Shown: in pieces, positions 24,067 to 34,769 of the stretch
Numbering within the stretch: position 1 is the stretch's first letter
Layout of the letters: the number at the start of each line of letters is the position of its first letter
NCBI GenBank assembly: GCA_043822705.1
Contig: JBDRBK010000013.1
Coordinates: 1 to 38,870, forward strand
DNA from: Fidelibacterota bacterium
GTDB lineage: Bacteria > Fidelibacterota > Marinisomatia > Marinisomatales > TCS56
DNA length: 38,870 nucleotides
Reading direction: 5' to 3'
Notes under the pieces: model-generated
Told to the model about the DNA's origin: nothing
What the model saw: only the letters and a program-made list of their open reading frames with translations
Database searches by the model: none
Position numbers and translations under genes: made by a program

Positions 24067-25587
24067 ATGGATTTTCTGAAAGAACTGGGCATCGAAAAAA
24101 ACAATTACGGTGCCTGCGCCGGACCCGGTCAGTGGTGTAAGACTACGGACGCCGGTAAAATTGATTCTATTAATCCGGCTACCGGTGAAGTGATCGCATC
24201 GGTCTACAAATGTACGCCGGCCGATTACGAGGCGGTCGTAAAGGTGTCGGAAAAAGTATTCCAGGAATGGCGGATGGTGCCGGCGCCGAAACGCGGCGAA
24301 CTGATCCGGCTGATGGCCAACGCCCTGCGCGAAAAGAAAGACGCCCTCGGTAGTCTGGTGACCCTGGAAATGGGTAAAATCAAGGCCGAAGGCGACGGCG
24401 AGGTCCAGGAAATGATCGATATTGCCGATTTCGCCGTTGGCTTGTCCCGCCAGCTTTATGGTCTGACGATGCATTCCGAACGTCCCCTGCACCGGATGTA
24501 CGAGCAGTGGCATCCGTTGGGGATCGTCGGCGTCATATCGGCCTTCAATTTCCCGGTGGCGGTCTGGGCCTGGAACGCCTTCATCGCCGCCGTCTGCGGC
24601 GACACGACGGTCTGGAAGCCATCCTCGACCACGCCCTTAACGGCCATCGCCGTCCAGAATATTTGTAATGAAGTGCTGGAGAAAAACGGTTATCCGGCCA
24701 TCTTCCAGCTGGTGATCGGTTCCGGATCGACCATCGGCGAACTGCTGATCAACGATCCGCGGATACCGCTGGTTTCCGCTACCGGATCGACCCCGATGGG
24801 CAAACGGATCGGCAAGGTCGTCGGCGCCCGGCTGGGAAAAACGATCCTGGAACTGGGTGGCAACAATGCCATTATTGTCGACGAGAATGTCAATATGAAG
24901 ATGTTGATCCCGGCGATCGTCTTCGGTGCGGTCGGTACCGCCGGCCAGCGCTGTACTTCGACCCGGCGCATTTTCCTGCCCAAAAGCATGTTCCAGGATG
25001 TCGCCGACCGTCTGGTAGCGGCCTACAAACAGGTGCGTATCGGCGATCCCCTCGATCCCGGTACGTTGATGGGTCCGGTGATCGACCAGGGCTGTATCGA
25101 GGCTTACAAGCACGCCCTGGACCGGATCAAGGACGAGGGCGGTGAAATTCTCTGTGGCGGCAAAGTTCTGGACCGGCCCGGAACCTTTGTCGAGCCGACT
25201 ATAGCCAAGGCGAAAAATGAGTATAACATAGTCCAGGAAGAAACCTTTGCGCCGATCCTGTACCTGATCGAATACGACGGTATCGATGACGCCCTGGCCC
25301 AGCATAACAACGTGCCCCAGGGGCTGTCTTCCGCCATGTTCACCAATACCGTGCAGAATGCCGAGAAATTCCTGGCCCACTCCGGCAGCGACTGTGGAAT
25401 CGCCAATATCAATATCGGCACTTCCGGGGCGGAGATCGGCGGCGCATTCGGTGGTGAAAAGGAAACCGGCGGCGGCCGTGAATCAGGCTCCGATGCCTGG
25501 AAGGCTTACATGCGCCGGCAGACTAACACGATCAACTGGAGTTCCGAACTGCCGCTGGCCCAGGGCATCAAGTTCGGCGATTTCTGA
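24067..25587 (+). CDS. Aldehyde dehydrogenase family 7 (alpha-aminoadipate semialdehyde / P6C dehydrogenase)
   Basis: [81 protein letters not shown]. Confidence 0.93.
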   Translation: MDFLKELGIEKNNYGACAGPGQWCKTTDAGKIDSINPATGEVIASVYKCTPADYEAVVKVSEKVFQEWRMVPAPKRGELIRLMANALREKKDALGSLVTLEMGKIKAEGDGEVQEMIDIADFAVGLSRQLYGLTMHSERPLHRMYEQWHPLGIVGVISAFNFPVAVWAWNAFIAAVCGDTTVWKPSSTTPLTAIAVQNICNEVLEKNGYPAIFQLVIGSGSTIGELLINDPRIPLVSATGSTPMGKRIGKVVGARLGKTILELGGNNAIIVDENVNMKMLIPAIVFGAVGTAGQRCTSTRRIFLPKSMFQDVADRLVAAYKQVRIGDPLDPGTLMGPVIDQGCIEAYKHALDRIKDEGGEILCGGKVLDRPGTFVEPTIAKAKNEYNIVQEETFAPILYLIEYDGIDDALAQHNNVPQGLSSAMFTNTVQNAEKFLAHSGSDCGIANINIGTSGAEIGGAFGGEKETGGGRESGSDAWKAYMRRQTNTINWSSELPLAQGIKFGDF

Positions 25588-25616
25588 TCCTGACTGTTTG
25601 AGCTGATTGCTTAAGG

Positions 25617-25641
25617 AAAAGCCGCTAACCAGCGGCCTTTC
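25617..25641. terminator. Probable bidirectional terminator between convergent genes
   Basis: AAAA-GCCGCT-AACC-AGCGGC-CTTT. Confidence 0.6.
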
Positions 25642-27120
25642 TCATTTTACAGGAAAACTGATATAGAAGATATTGCCGTTGGGCTGGTTGGGTCGGATGC
25701 CGACGCCGGCGTTGTGGATTTCGGCAATCTTCTTGACGATCGCCAGCCCCAATCCCCGGCCGCGTTTGGCAAACTTGTCCAGTTGAACGGAACGCATGAA
25801 GACATTGCCGTACTGCGATTCCGGAATGGTCGTGCCGAAATCCTTGAAAGCGATCTCAATATTCTCACCGACCCGGGTGGAACCGATTACCAACCGCCGG
25901 CCATCGGCAGCATAGCGGATAGCATTACTGAGATAATTCCGGAATACCTCGGCGATGATCGGGTTGGCGGCGACAATTATTTCTTCCGGCAGTTCGACGC
26001 TGACCTGCATTTCGGCGGCCTCCAGAGTCGGCTGGAATTCCTTGACAATGGCGGTGATGATCCCGGTCAGATCGAGTTGCTCTTTCTCAATTTCGTCGCC
26101 GGCGGATATCCGTGAAAGGGTGGTGGCGTTATCGATGCATTTCAACAGGTTGTCCGAACTTTCTTTAATCACCGACAGGATTCTGTCCTTGGGATTTTCT
26201 TTCAATGCCAGTTCGGCCATCCCGCTGATGACGCCGGAAGGATTTTTCAGGTCGTGGGTGATGATATCCAGCAGCAGTTCCTTGATGGAGTTGGTCTCCG
26301 CCAGGCGTTCCGACAACCGGCGGTAAATGGTCTCCGAATCCCGTAACTCGGTGATCGCCTGCAACCGGTCTCTTTCCTTTTGCCTGATACTGCCGGCAGC
26401 CAGGCCGATCAGGACAACGCCGATCAACCACAACAGTACATGACCGATGGTGACACGATTGATGCTGCCGGCGGCATTTCCCAGCAGCGGAGCCAGCGGA
26501 ATTGATACACTGATACCACCCCGGATATCGCCTACCTGGTAACCCTGTTGCCGGTGGCAGGGCAGACAGGATGATTCAGTCACCAGCGGTTGCATGTAGC
26601 GGTAATAATCCACACCAGCGATCGATTGGATGCCGGAATGTTCAACGGCGCCGGACTCAAATGCCTGCAGGGCGGTTTTTTCCCAGTCGTCGGCTTCATT
26701 TTCCGGCCGGATCGGCTTCAGGCTGGTGATATGTCCCAGAACACCGGATTGATCGCGTAACAATTCGTGAACCTGCCTGGTCATATACGCCGGATTGATT
26801 TTGGTCAGCGTGTCACCTTTCTGAGTGACGACATCGCGTACAGTCAGTCCCTGAAGATAGGGATTCGGGACCGTCGTTCCGCTGACGGGGGCGAAAACAC
26901 CGCCAAGCCGGGCATTCCAGCGCCGGTAAATGACGTCCTTATCGAAGGCTACCAGCGCATGCAGGCGGGCGTCGTCGACAATGTTCTGTTTCAGTCCGAT
27001 AATATTCCAGGTCAGGGAAAGCAGAATCGCCACCGTCCACAGGATGCTGATCGGCCAGATATAGAATTTTATTCTGGTCGAAATGTCAAAGGTTTTTTCG
27101 TGAGGTTGACGATCATTCAT
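25642..27120 (-). CDS. Sensor histidine kinase with periplasmic c-type heme (DUF3365/Tll0287-like) domain
   Basis: 2 TM; NPAYMTRQ, HITSLKPIRPEN, CLPCH, GDIRGGISV; H-box HDLKNP, NYLSNAIRY, GRGLGLAIVK. Confidence 0.9.
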   Translation of the reverse strand: MNDRQPHEKTFDISTRIKFYIWPISILWTVAILLSLTWNIIGLKQNIVDDARLHALVAFDKDVIYRRWNARLGGVFAPVSGTTVPNPYLQGLTVRDVVTQKGDTLTKINPAYMTRQVHELLRDQSGVLGHITSLKPIRPENEADDWEKTALQAFESGAVEHSGIQSIAGVDYYRYMQPLVTESSCLPCHRQQGYQVGDIRGGISVSIPLAPLLGNAAGSINRVTIGHVLLWLIGVVLIGLAAGSIRQKERDRLQAITELRDSETIYRRLSERLAETNSIKELLLDIITHDLKNPSGVISGMAELALKENPKDRILSVIKESSDNLLKCIDNATTLSRISAGDEIEKEQLDLTGIITAIVKEFQPTLEAAEMQVSVELPEEIIVAANPIIAEVFRNYLSNAIRYAADGRRLVIGSTRVGENIEIAFKDFGTTIPESQYGNVFMRSVQLDKFAKRGRGLGLAIVKKIAEIHNAGVGIRPNQPNGNIFYISFPVK

Positions 27121-27224
27121 TGCTAATCGGTCCCGAATTATCCTTTAGGAAAAGTTCATTGCTGACAACCAACTTAATTTACCCTATCCAATCCTAAAAT
27201 TCACAGTTATATCTCACTAACGAA

Positions 27225-27252
27225 CAAGGGCTCTGAAAAATCAGAGCCCTTG
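27225..27252 (-). terminator. Terminator-like hairpin after SDH
   Basis: Perfect 12-bp stem CAAGGGCTCTGA-AAAA-TCAGAGCCCTTG. Confidence 0.7.
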
Positions 27253-27273
27253 CAGATTACCACGCTGGTAAAT

Positions 27274-28587
27274 TTACAGACGCTGACGCCGTTCGACCAT
27301 TTTGATATTCAGGGTGGCCAGCTCGTCCAGCACCGGTTCGTAGACTTCCGGCAGGTTGGGAATCTGAACCCCGGTGAGCTTGATTTTGCCTTCGGCCATC
27401 ATGCGAACGCCGATACCCAGGGGCAGACTGACCGTGCGGGCCATGGAACTGTCGCCATTGGGAATGCCGTAATCGATCAGGGTGGAGGTGATCAGGTCGC
27501 GGGTGCCATCGGCATTTTCGATCGTGAACTGGTGCTGCATGACGATCATGTCTTTTTCACCCGGAGCGTAGTACAGTTTATCCTGCATCTGCTGACTCAG
27601 GACATCCAGCACATTATCAAACTCCGGGATGGTGGCATCGCTGAACAGGCCCAGCCATTCCAGCCGCTGCATGATCGGGTCGTCAACCTTCAAACCGACC
27701 TTTTCGGTGGCTTTCTGTTTGACATCATCGGTAGCGGCGGCACCCACCAGTTGGGCCAGCATTTGTTTGAAAGTTATGCCCGGCTTGACCGGTTTTTCGT
27801 CCACCAGACCCAGATCGACGATTTTCTTCAGGGTGTCACACCAACCCAGATTCCGATAGGTACCGCGTTTGACGGTGAGGGCGTTATCCAGTCCGTAGAC
27901 ATCCTTATAAGGAACCGAATCGCGATTGGGATAAACCTCGAACTGGCCCAGCGGTTCGACATTTTCCACCAGGTAATTCAAAAACAGCTCGGCTCCGGGA
28001 ACTTCCACGATTTTACCGTTTTCCAGCCAACGGGCCGAATTGCGCGAAGCCAGCACCACGCCTTTGGGACTCCAGGAAAATTTATAGCCGAATGGATTAT
28101 CATTATCATCGGGAGCGGGCAGGCCGCCGGTATTGGAGAAGAAATGCAGGACTTTGCCGCCTTCCGCACGGACCATATTGATGATTTTCATGGCGGACAT
28201 GTGGTCAATACCGGGATCGACACCGATCTCATTCAGGAAGAGTAGGCCCTTCTCGCGGGTGATTCCATCCAGCTTTTTCATGTTTTCGCTGACATAGGAG
28301 GTGGTAGCCATATGTTTATTAAGCTGAACACATAAATCGGCTACTTTTAAATGGTGGACCCAGGGCAGCAGACTGACGATAATATCATTCTGCTTGATCA
28401 GTTCCGCCAGCGCGGCTTGATCGTTGACATCGATCGGCAGCGCCTTGCCGTTGGTAAAACCCTGTACCAGCTTTTGCGCTTTACTGACCGTGCGCGATGC
28501 CACCGTGACCGTCAGATTGTGTTTCAAAAGATATTGTACTCCCGGCCGGCTGACTAATCCAGCGCCCAGAACCAGTATTTTATCCAT
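27274..28587 (-). CDS. Saccharopine dehydrogenase (L-glutamate-forming; Lys9 / AASS-SDH type)
   Basis: LVLGAGLV, NEIGVDPGIDH, GGLPAP, NPFGYKFSWSP, YPNRDS, RGTYR, SSMARTV. Confidence 0.92.
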   Translation of the reverse strand: MDKILVLGAGLVSRPGVQYLLKHNLTVTVASRTVSKAQKLVQGFTNGKALPIDVNDQAALAELIKQNDIIVSLLPWVHHLKVADLCVQLNKHMATTSYVSENMKKLDGITREKGLLFLNEIGVDPGIDHMSAMKIINMVRAEGGKVLHFFSNTGGLPAPDDNDNPFGYKFSWSPKGVVLASRNSARWLENGKIVEVPGAELFLNYLVENVEPLGQFEVYPNRDSVPYKDVYGLDNALTVKRGTYRNLGWCDTLKKIVDLGLVDEKPVKPGITFKQMLAQLVGAAATDDVKQKATEKVGLKVDDPIMQRLEWLGLFSDATIPEFDNVLDVLSQQMQDKLYYAPGEKDMIVMQHQFTIENADGTRDLITSTLIDYGIPNGDSSMARTVSLPLGIGVRMMAEGKIKLTGVQIPNLPEVYEPVLDELATLNIKMVERRQRL

Positions 28588-28629
28588 ATTACCTCCGCTT
28601 TTCCGTATCTTGATGAGGTTTGTAATTGC

Positions 28630-29928
28630 TTATTTGAGAAAATCCCGGATGTATTCGTAGTCCGGAGTTAACTCTCCCCGATGGAGAATCAGGGCTTTTT
28701 TAATAGGGTAGGGTAAATTCAACTCTTCGTAAGGTTTGCCGAAATCGGCATCCGCAATCGGTTTGACATATTCTTTCAGGACATTCGAGAACTCCGCCGA
28801 TGCCTCGCGCGAAAATTCACAGGGCAGATTATCGATTGCCATCACGGTCACGCCGTCCCGGAGTACACCGTCAACGGTGTGGTCTTCCCGTGGCAGATAG
28901 GTGAAAGAAGCGTTATCGGGGTAGGTTACTTTGTTGGTGATCTCGATCGAACCATCGATATCGCAACTGATATCGCCGATTACCTTGAGCTTGAAATTGT
29001 CGTCGGTGTGATTAATCAGGTAATTCCTGGTCACCAACCGCGGATATTTCTCGGTCCAGTAGATGCAGTTTACCAGCATCGTCAGTTTGGGCAGGTACTG
29101 TTCGAAGATACCGACATATTTTTCCGGATGCTGGTAGTAATCCTGCAATTCGAAATCACCGCTGGTGGGGCGGACCATGTGCTCTTCCTTGAAAACGACT
29201 TTGAAAATATGCTTGCGATCGTTCAGGCGACCATAGGACTCCAGCAATTCCGCCGGTGTCAGTTCGATAACCGGCAGCAGATCGAGCATTTCCTGGGCGC
29301 CCCGGGCGACATTACCATAACCGGCGACACCGATCACCACCGGATTGAGTACCTCGGGAAAGCCATCTTTGCTGATCTTTTCGCTGACTTCGCGGAAGTG
29401 CCGTTTGGCATCTTCTACCGAATCATACTGGTAGGCCTGCCTGATGGCGTCAAAGGGTGAATCGATCCTCGCTGCGGACAGTTTCTGCCTGTAGCTGTAG
29501 AGCGTTTCGACCATTCCCGCCAGACCGGCATATTTACCGAAAAATATCAGGCGCCGACCGGATTCGTCGATAATTTTTTCATAATCGATCAGGTTAACGC
29601 GCAGGTCCATCATCCGCCGCAACATGGCCATGTTGTAGGATTGGCCCTTGATCACATGGGCAAAGAAGATGTAGGTCTTTTCGGCCTGGAAGTAATTGAC
29701 CGGTATTTCCTTGACGGCAAAATTAATATCGGCAGCGGTAGTATCTTCGGCTACCAAGGCACCGACAGAACTGAATTCAGCATCGGCGAAGATTCGTCCC
29801 GGCGCCGGCTGGATCACGGTCTTGATACCGAATTTCCGTTCCAAATCTTCGATATGCTCCGGAATGAGCGGAACCCGCCGTTCCCATTTGTTCTTATCCT
29901 CGCGTCTGATGCCGATTAGTTTTGCCAT
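28630..29928 (-). CDS. Lysine-2-oxoglutarate reductase (LKR, AASS N-terminal type)
   Basis: IRREDKNKWERRVPLIP, VKE, FFAHVIKGQ, LIDYEKI, FGKYAGLAG, GYGNVARGA, NCIYW, DISCD, IDNLP; GAGG RBS. Confidence 0.9.
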   Translation of the reverse strand: MAKLIGIRREDKNKWERRVPLIPEHIEDLERKFGIKTVIQPAPGRIFADAEFSSVGALVAEDTTAADINFAVKEIPVNYFQAEKTYIFFAHVIKGQSYNMAMLRRMMDLRVNLIDYEKIIDESGRRLIFFGKYAGLAGMVETLYSYRQKLSAARIDSPFDAIRQAYQYDSVEDAKRHFREVSEKISKDGFPEVLNPVVIGVAGYGNVARGAQEMLDLLPVIELTPAELLESYGRLNDRKHIFKVVFKEEHMVRPTSGDFELQDYYQHPEKYVGIFEQYLPKLTMLVNCIYWTEKYPRLVTRNYLINHTDDNFKLKVIGDISCDIDGSIEITNKVTYPDNASFTYLPREDHTVDGVLRDGVTVMAIDNLPCEFSREASAEFSNVLKEYVKPIADADFGKPYEELNLPYPIKKALILHRGELTPDYEYIRDFLK

Positions 29929-30185
29929 ATTCACCTCAATTTTGAACCTGATTAACCTGCGATTTTAGCCGGAAATTTACACACCGCGTTCGGATGGTTG
30001 AAAGATAAACCGGACCATTGCCAACGAATCTCAACTACGCTACGGCAGCCGTTTTGCAAGGTCCGATTTCCAAATAGTCGGCTAAATTGCCGCTGGGCTT
30101 CCGAAATAACCCGTAGTCGATTATGTCTGTCGCCGATGATCCCAAACGATATAAATTTGTACCTGATTATTCCACTTAAAATATT

Positions 30186-31532
30186 ATGCAGGAGATGATG
30201 ATGGGCAAACTGGCGATTTCCGGGTACGGTGACGATCTGACGATTAACGGTATTCGGATCGGCGATTTATCACCGGCAGACCACGAAAAAATCGAATTGG
30301 AGCGGGGGGGACGCAACTATAAACCGCTGGAGAATGTTGTAATATCAAAAGTTAAGGATTCATCGACGCTGATCGCCCGGAAACCGGATCCGGCTCAGGT
30401 CAAAGCCTACATCGAGGAAGAAGTTATCGACGGTCTCTGCTGTTATTCCGCGGTCAATCAGGGACAGTTAAACCCGATTATCGTGGATGCGGTAGTCCAT
30501 CATTTGACAAAAGAGAAATTACCGACGGTGCCGCGCTCGATCCGCCACAAATACATGAGCGCCTTCCTGCTGGCAGCCACCGAGATCACCGGCATGGACC
30601 GGGTAGTGCCGAAAGTAGCCGGGGTGGAGGCGCCGGAATTGATGTTCAAGCTTTCCCGGCGCTGGGGTTACCGCGTGAAGGGTGTACCGGCCGACCAGGC
30701 GATTGTGGTCGCCGCCAGCGGCAATTTCCACGGCCGCAGCATGACGGCGGTCTCGCTGTCCGATGATCCGGTTGCCAAAGCTGACTTCGGACCGTACGTC
30801 CCCGGCATCGAACTGGTGCCCTATAACAATATTTCCGCCCTGCAGGATCTGTTCGAGCGGAAGGGCGACCGGATCGTGGCCTACCTGGTGGAACCGATTC
30901 AGGGCGAAGCAGGCGTCATTGTGCCGGATGACGATTACTGGCCGCAGGTCGCCGCACTCTGCAAGAAATACAATATTTTGCTGGCCATGGATGAAGTCCA
31001 GACCGGTTTCGCCCGCACCGGGGCCAATTTTGCCCACCAGTTATTCGGGGTCAAGCCCGACCTGATGGGCTGCGGCAAGGCGGCCGGCGGTGGCATTCTG
31101 CCGGTGTCCTTCGTGGCCGGACGCGATGATGTAATCGGCGTACTGACGCCCGGTTCGGAAGGATCCACTTTCGGAGGTTATCCCCTGGCATCCGTTGTTG
31201 CGGTCTTTGCGATCAAAGCCATGGTCGACCTGAATCTGGCCAAGCAGGCGCGGGAACGGGGTGCGCAATTGCTGAACCGCTTCCGCGGAATCCAGGACCT
31301 GTTCCCCGATAAGATCAAGGAAGTCCGGGGCCGCGGCTTACTGACCGCCTTCGAGATGCACGATGCACCACGGTTGGACGGACATCGGGTGTCGCTGGAA
31401 TTGCTTAATCACGGCGTTTATGCCAAGGAAACTCATCACAGTACGGTGCGGATCGCCCCGGCTCTAACCATCAGCGCCGCCCAGATCGACCGGATCGCCG
31501 ACGCGATCGAAGCCGTTGTACAGGGACTGTAA
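30186..31532 (+). CDS. Class III PLP aminotransferase, ornithine aminotransferase (RocD)-like, divergent
   Basis: YSAVNQG, GVEA, NFHGRS, VEPIQGEAG, DEVQTGFARTG, CGKAAGGG (PLP lysine), GSTFGG. Confidence 0.85.
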   Translation: MQEMMMGKLAISGYGDDLTINGIRIGDLSPADHEKIELERGGRNYKPLENVVISKVKDSSTLIARKPDPAQVKAYIEEEVIDGLCCYSAVNQGQLNPIIVDAVVHHLTKEKLPTVPRSIRHKYMSAFLLAATEITGMDRVVPKVAGVEAPELMFKLSRRWGYRVKGVPADQAIVVAASGNFHGRSMTAVSLSDDPVAKADFGPYVPGIELVPYNNISALQDLFERKGDRIVAYLVEPIQGEAGVIVPDDDYWPQVAALCKKYNILLAMDEVQTGFARTGANFAHQLFGVKPDLMGCGKAAGGGILPVSFVAGRDDVIGVLTPGSEGSTFGGYPLASVVAVFAIKAMVDLNLAKQARERGAQLLNRFRGIQDLFPDKIKEVRGRGLLTAFEMHDAPRLDGHRVSLELLNHGVYAKETHHSTVRIAPALTISAAQIDRIADAIEAVVQGL

Positions 31533-31544
31533 CTATCCGGTAAT

Positions 31545-32264
31545 ATGAAGGGATCGATGACCGCCCCAGTGACCAGTACCGCCCGGCTGTACATAATTGC
31601 CACACCCATCGGCAATTTGAAGGATATCACCTACCGGGCCGTGGAGACATTGGGAACGGTTTTTCTGATCGCGGCGGAAGATACCCGCCATACGAAAATT
31701 CTGCTGAATCATTACGCCATCAAAACACCGGTCCTGAGTTATTACGAACACAACCGGTTCACACGGATACCGCAGATTCTGGAGCACCTGCGCGAGGGAC
31801 GCTCCGTGGCGGTCGTCACCGATGCCGGCACGCCGGGCATCAGCGATCCGGCCTATCGTCTGATCCGCTCGGCGATCGAGGCGGATATCCCGGTGGAAGC
31901 GATCCCCGGCGCCTCGGCCTTCCTGACCGCACTGGTCAGCTCCGGGCTGCCGACCGATTCGTTCAAGTTCGTCGGCTTCCTGCCACCCAAAAAGGGACGA
32001 ATGGGCAAACTGCGCGACCTGGCCGACAACACTGAAACGCTGGTTTTTTACGAATCGCCACACCGGATTCTGAAAACATTACAGGACATCCATGATACAA
32101 TCGGGAATCGTCCCGCGGTCATCGGCCGGGAACTCACCAAAATTCATGAAGAAATCAGACGCGGTACGGTCCGGGACCTGATTCAGATTTACACTAAGAA
32201 AAAACCGCTGGGCGAATTTGTACTGATAATCGGAAAAGATGACGCGAATGTCTATTTCAAATAA
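31545..32264 (+). CDS. rsmI: 16S rRNA (cytidine1402-2'-O)-methyltransferase
   Basis: LYIIATPIGNLKDIT, AAEDTR, DAGTPGISDP, FYESPHR, RELTKIHEE. Confidence 0.95.
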   Translation: MKGSMTAPVTSTARLYIIATPIGNLKDITYRAVETLGTVFLIAAEDTRHTKILLNHYAIKTPVLSYYEHNRFTRIPQILEHLREGRSVAVVTDAGTPGISDPAYRLIRSAIEADIPVEAIPGASAFLTALVSSGLPTDSFKFVGFLPPKKGRMGKLRDLADNTETLVFYESPHRILKTLQDIHDTIGNRPAVIGRELTKIHEEIRRGTVRDLIQIYTKKKPLGEFVLIIGKDDANVYFK

Positions 32265-32874
32265 GCGGTTTATTACGTTCGAAGGTATCGACGGCTGCGG
32301 CAAGACGACCCAAGCCCGGCTTTTGAACGACCATCTGGTCAAGGCCGGACACGAAGTGACATTTGTCCGCGAACCGGGTGGAACGGCGATTTCCGAAGCG
32401 ATCCGGCATATTCTGCTGGATAATAATCGCAAGGAACTGGGCGAACGCACCGAAGCATTGCTGATGACCGCCAGCCGGGCGCAACTGACGCGCGAGTTGA
32501 TATTACCCGAACTTGGTGCCGGCCACTGGGTCATTGCCGATCGTTATGCCGATTCGACCCTGGCTTATCAGGGCGCCGGACGCACAATCGATTTGGAATG
32601 GTTGATTGAGTTGAACCGCTTTGCGACCTTCGAACTTGAACCAACAGTAACATTTGTTTTTGACGTGGACCCCGAAATCGGTCTGCAACGCCGGAAAAAT
32701 ATAAATGACCGGATTGAAGATGAAGGACTGGAATTTCAGCGGAAAGTCCGCCGGGGCTATCTAAATATTGCGGAACGATTCAGTTCCAGAATCATTGTAC
32801 TTGATGGGCATGCACCGATAGCACAGCTTCAGGATCAGGTACAGAGTGAATTACTCAGGAGAGCACTGCTTTGA
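32248..32874 (+). CDS. tmk: Thymidylate kinase
   Basis: FITFEGIDGCGKTTQ, REPGG, ADRYADSTLAYQG. Confidence 0.95.
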   Translation: MSISNKRFITFEGIDGCGKTTQARLLNDHLVKAGHEVTFVREPGGTAISEAIRHILLDNNRKELGERTEALLMTASRAQLTRELILPELGAGHWVIADRYADSTLAYQGAGRTIDLEWLIELNRFATFELEPTVTFVFDVDPEIGLQRRKNINDRIEDEGLEFQRKVRRGYLNIAERFSSRIIVLDGHAPIAQLQDQVQSELLRRALL

Positions 32875-34523
32875 ATCTCAAATACAAACATAATTACTAC
32901 AAATGGTTAGCCATCGTTTTGGTGCTGGGGATCGGTTTCGGATCGCTGGCATTGACCAAATCCGAATTGTTCAAGCAACTGGAACAATCACAGAAAATAT
33001 TCCACTGGGTTAACCGCGAGATTATTACCAAATACGTCGATGATATCGATATCGACGCGTTTACCAAGAAGAGTATCCAGCACACACTTTCCGAACTTGA
33101 TCCCTACACCGTGTACATGGTCGACGAGGAACGCGATGGTCTCGATATGCTGACCTACGGCAAATACGGTGGTGTCGGAATCCAGATCAGCGTCCGGGAA
33201 GGACGTCTGACGGTGGTTGCGCCGATTGATGACACGCCTGCCCAGCGCGCCGGGATTATCAGCGGCGACCGGATTCTTTCCATCGATGGCAAGCCTACCG
33301 ACGCTATGAATCTGGATGAAGCGGCCAAGATGATCCGCGGCGATAAGGGCACCAGTCTGGTCATTACCATCGAACGTTTCAGCTCTGAGGAACCGATTGA
33401 ATTTTCCCTGGTCAGGGAAGATATCATTGTCAATGATGTGGCCTATTCGGGCATGTTAGATGAACGAACCGGCTACATCCGCTTGACGCAGTTCTCGAAA
33501 AATTCGGTCACGGAAATGCGTGACGCGCTCAAGGAACTGAAAGATCAGAACGCCCAGTCAATAATTCTCGATCTTCGTGACAACCCAGGCGGCCTGCTGC
33601 AATCGGCGATCGGCGTCCTGGACCTGCTGGTCCCGAAAGGCGAAACCCTGCTGACGACCAAGGGTAAGAGCAAGGAATCGAATCGGACCTTCAAAGCCGT
33701 CAGTAATCCGGTTATTGGTGATGATGTCAAGTTGGCGGTGCTGATCAATGGCGGCAGCGCTTCCGCCAGCGAGATTGTCGCCGGCGCCCTGCAGGATTTG
33801 GACCGCGCCGTCGTTTTGGGCGATCGTTCATTTGGAAAAGGCCTGGTGCAGACGGTTTACAATTTCGATGGCAATCACTCGCTTAAAATGACCACGGCCA
33901 AATATTATATCCCCAGCGGCCGCCTGATCCAGAAACCAAATTACAATAATGCCGAAGTCATTGCCTGGACGGCAGTCCAGGATTCCAATTTTACTACACT
34001 AGGCGGACGCACTGTGAAGGGCGGAGGCGGTATCTTCCCGGATGTGGAAGTAAGCAACGAACGGGCGGAAACACTGGTTCGCGAGTGCTGGCGGAAAGGA
34101 TTGTTTTTCTCCTTTGCCCAGGAAAATCGCGACCGTTTCGCCAGTCAGGACGCAATTCTGATCGACGCTGAATTGTTGAGCGATTTTAAATCATTTCTTG
34201 ACCGGCATGAGCTGGACCTGCCGATTTCGGGCGAATCTGCGCTGGATGAAGCACGCGACAAACTGACCGTGATCGACAGTACGAATGCGGAATTGAATCT
34301 GGCTTTTCAACAGATTAACAAATTTATTGATGCCCAGGAGGCGATCCTGTTTGATCGCGAGGTCGACCAGATCAGGCTGGGCCTGCGCATGGAATTCGCC
34401 AATCTGTTTTCCGGGACCGAAGGCCGCGTAAAAGTTAGTCTGACCGATGACCGTGTCGTGCAAAAAGCGCTGGGAGTACTGAATAATAAGGATTCCTACA
34501 GCGCCGTCTTCGTCGTGAAATGA
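32871..34523 (+). CDS. S41 family carboxyl-terminal processing protease (PDZ)
   Basis: LDPYT, YGGVGI, LDLRDNPGG, SASASEIVAGALQD, SFGKGLVQ, TTAKYYIPSGR. Confidence 0.93.
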   Translation: MNLKYKHNYYKWLAIVLVLGIGFGSLALTKSELFKQLEQSQKIFHWVNREIITKYVDDIDIDAFTKKSIQHTLSELDPYTVYMVDEERDGLDMLTYGKYGGVGIQISVREGRLTVVAPIDDTPAQRAGIISGDRILSIDGKPTDAMNLDEAAKMIRGDKGTSLVITIERFSSEEPIEFSLVREDIIVNDVAYSGMLDERTGYIRLTQFSKNSVTEMRDALKELKDQNAQSIILDLRDNPGGLLQSAIGVLDLLVPKGETLLTTKGKSKESNRTFKAVSNPVIGDDVKLAVLINGGSASASEIVAGALQDLDRAVVLGDRSFGKGLVQTVYNFDGNHSLKMTTAKYYIPSGRLIQKPNYNNAEVIAWTAVQDSNFTTLGGRTVKGGGGIFPDVEVSNERAETLVRECWRKGLFFSFAQENRDRFASQDAILIDAELLSDFKSFLDRHELDLPISGESALDEARDKLTVIDSTNAELNLAFQQINKFIDAQEAILFDREVDQIRLGLRMEFANLFSGTEGRVKVSLTDDRVVQKALGVLNNKDSYSAVFVVK

Positions 34524-34692
34524 TCTGCTGAATTAGCGGTTTTCAGAAAAACACTTCGCAATTATTAGTGGAAAGTTTTTTATATTCCGTGCTGCAAAAA
34601 CGCTAGTTTTTGCATGATAAATATCGACATAGCGGTTGGATTCAGGTGTGAAAGGTATTTATCGTAGCAAAAGGTTATAAAATTCGGTTTTT

Positions 34693-34769
34693 GGGCGATT
34701 AGCTCAGGTGGTTAGAGTGCTTGCTTGACATGCAAGAGGTCACTGGTTCAAGTCCAGTATCGCCCACCA
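34693..34769 (+). tRNA. tRNA-Val (GAC)
   Basis: Acceptor GGGCGAT/ATCGCCC plus encoded ACCA; anticodon arm CTTGC-TTGACAT-GCAAG; T-loop GGTTCAAGTCC. Confidence 0.97.

Noticed and set aside
27250..28245. 331-aa plus-strand ORF (and similar long antisense ORFs such as 7786-8652, 24637-25380, 19490-20137)
   Set aside because: Shadow ORFs opposite well-supported genes, explained by codon bias
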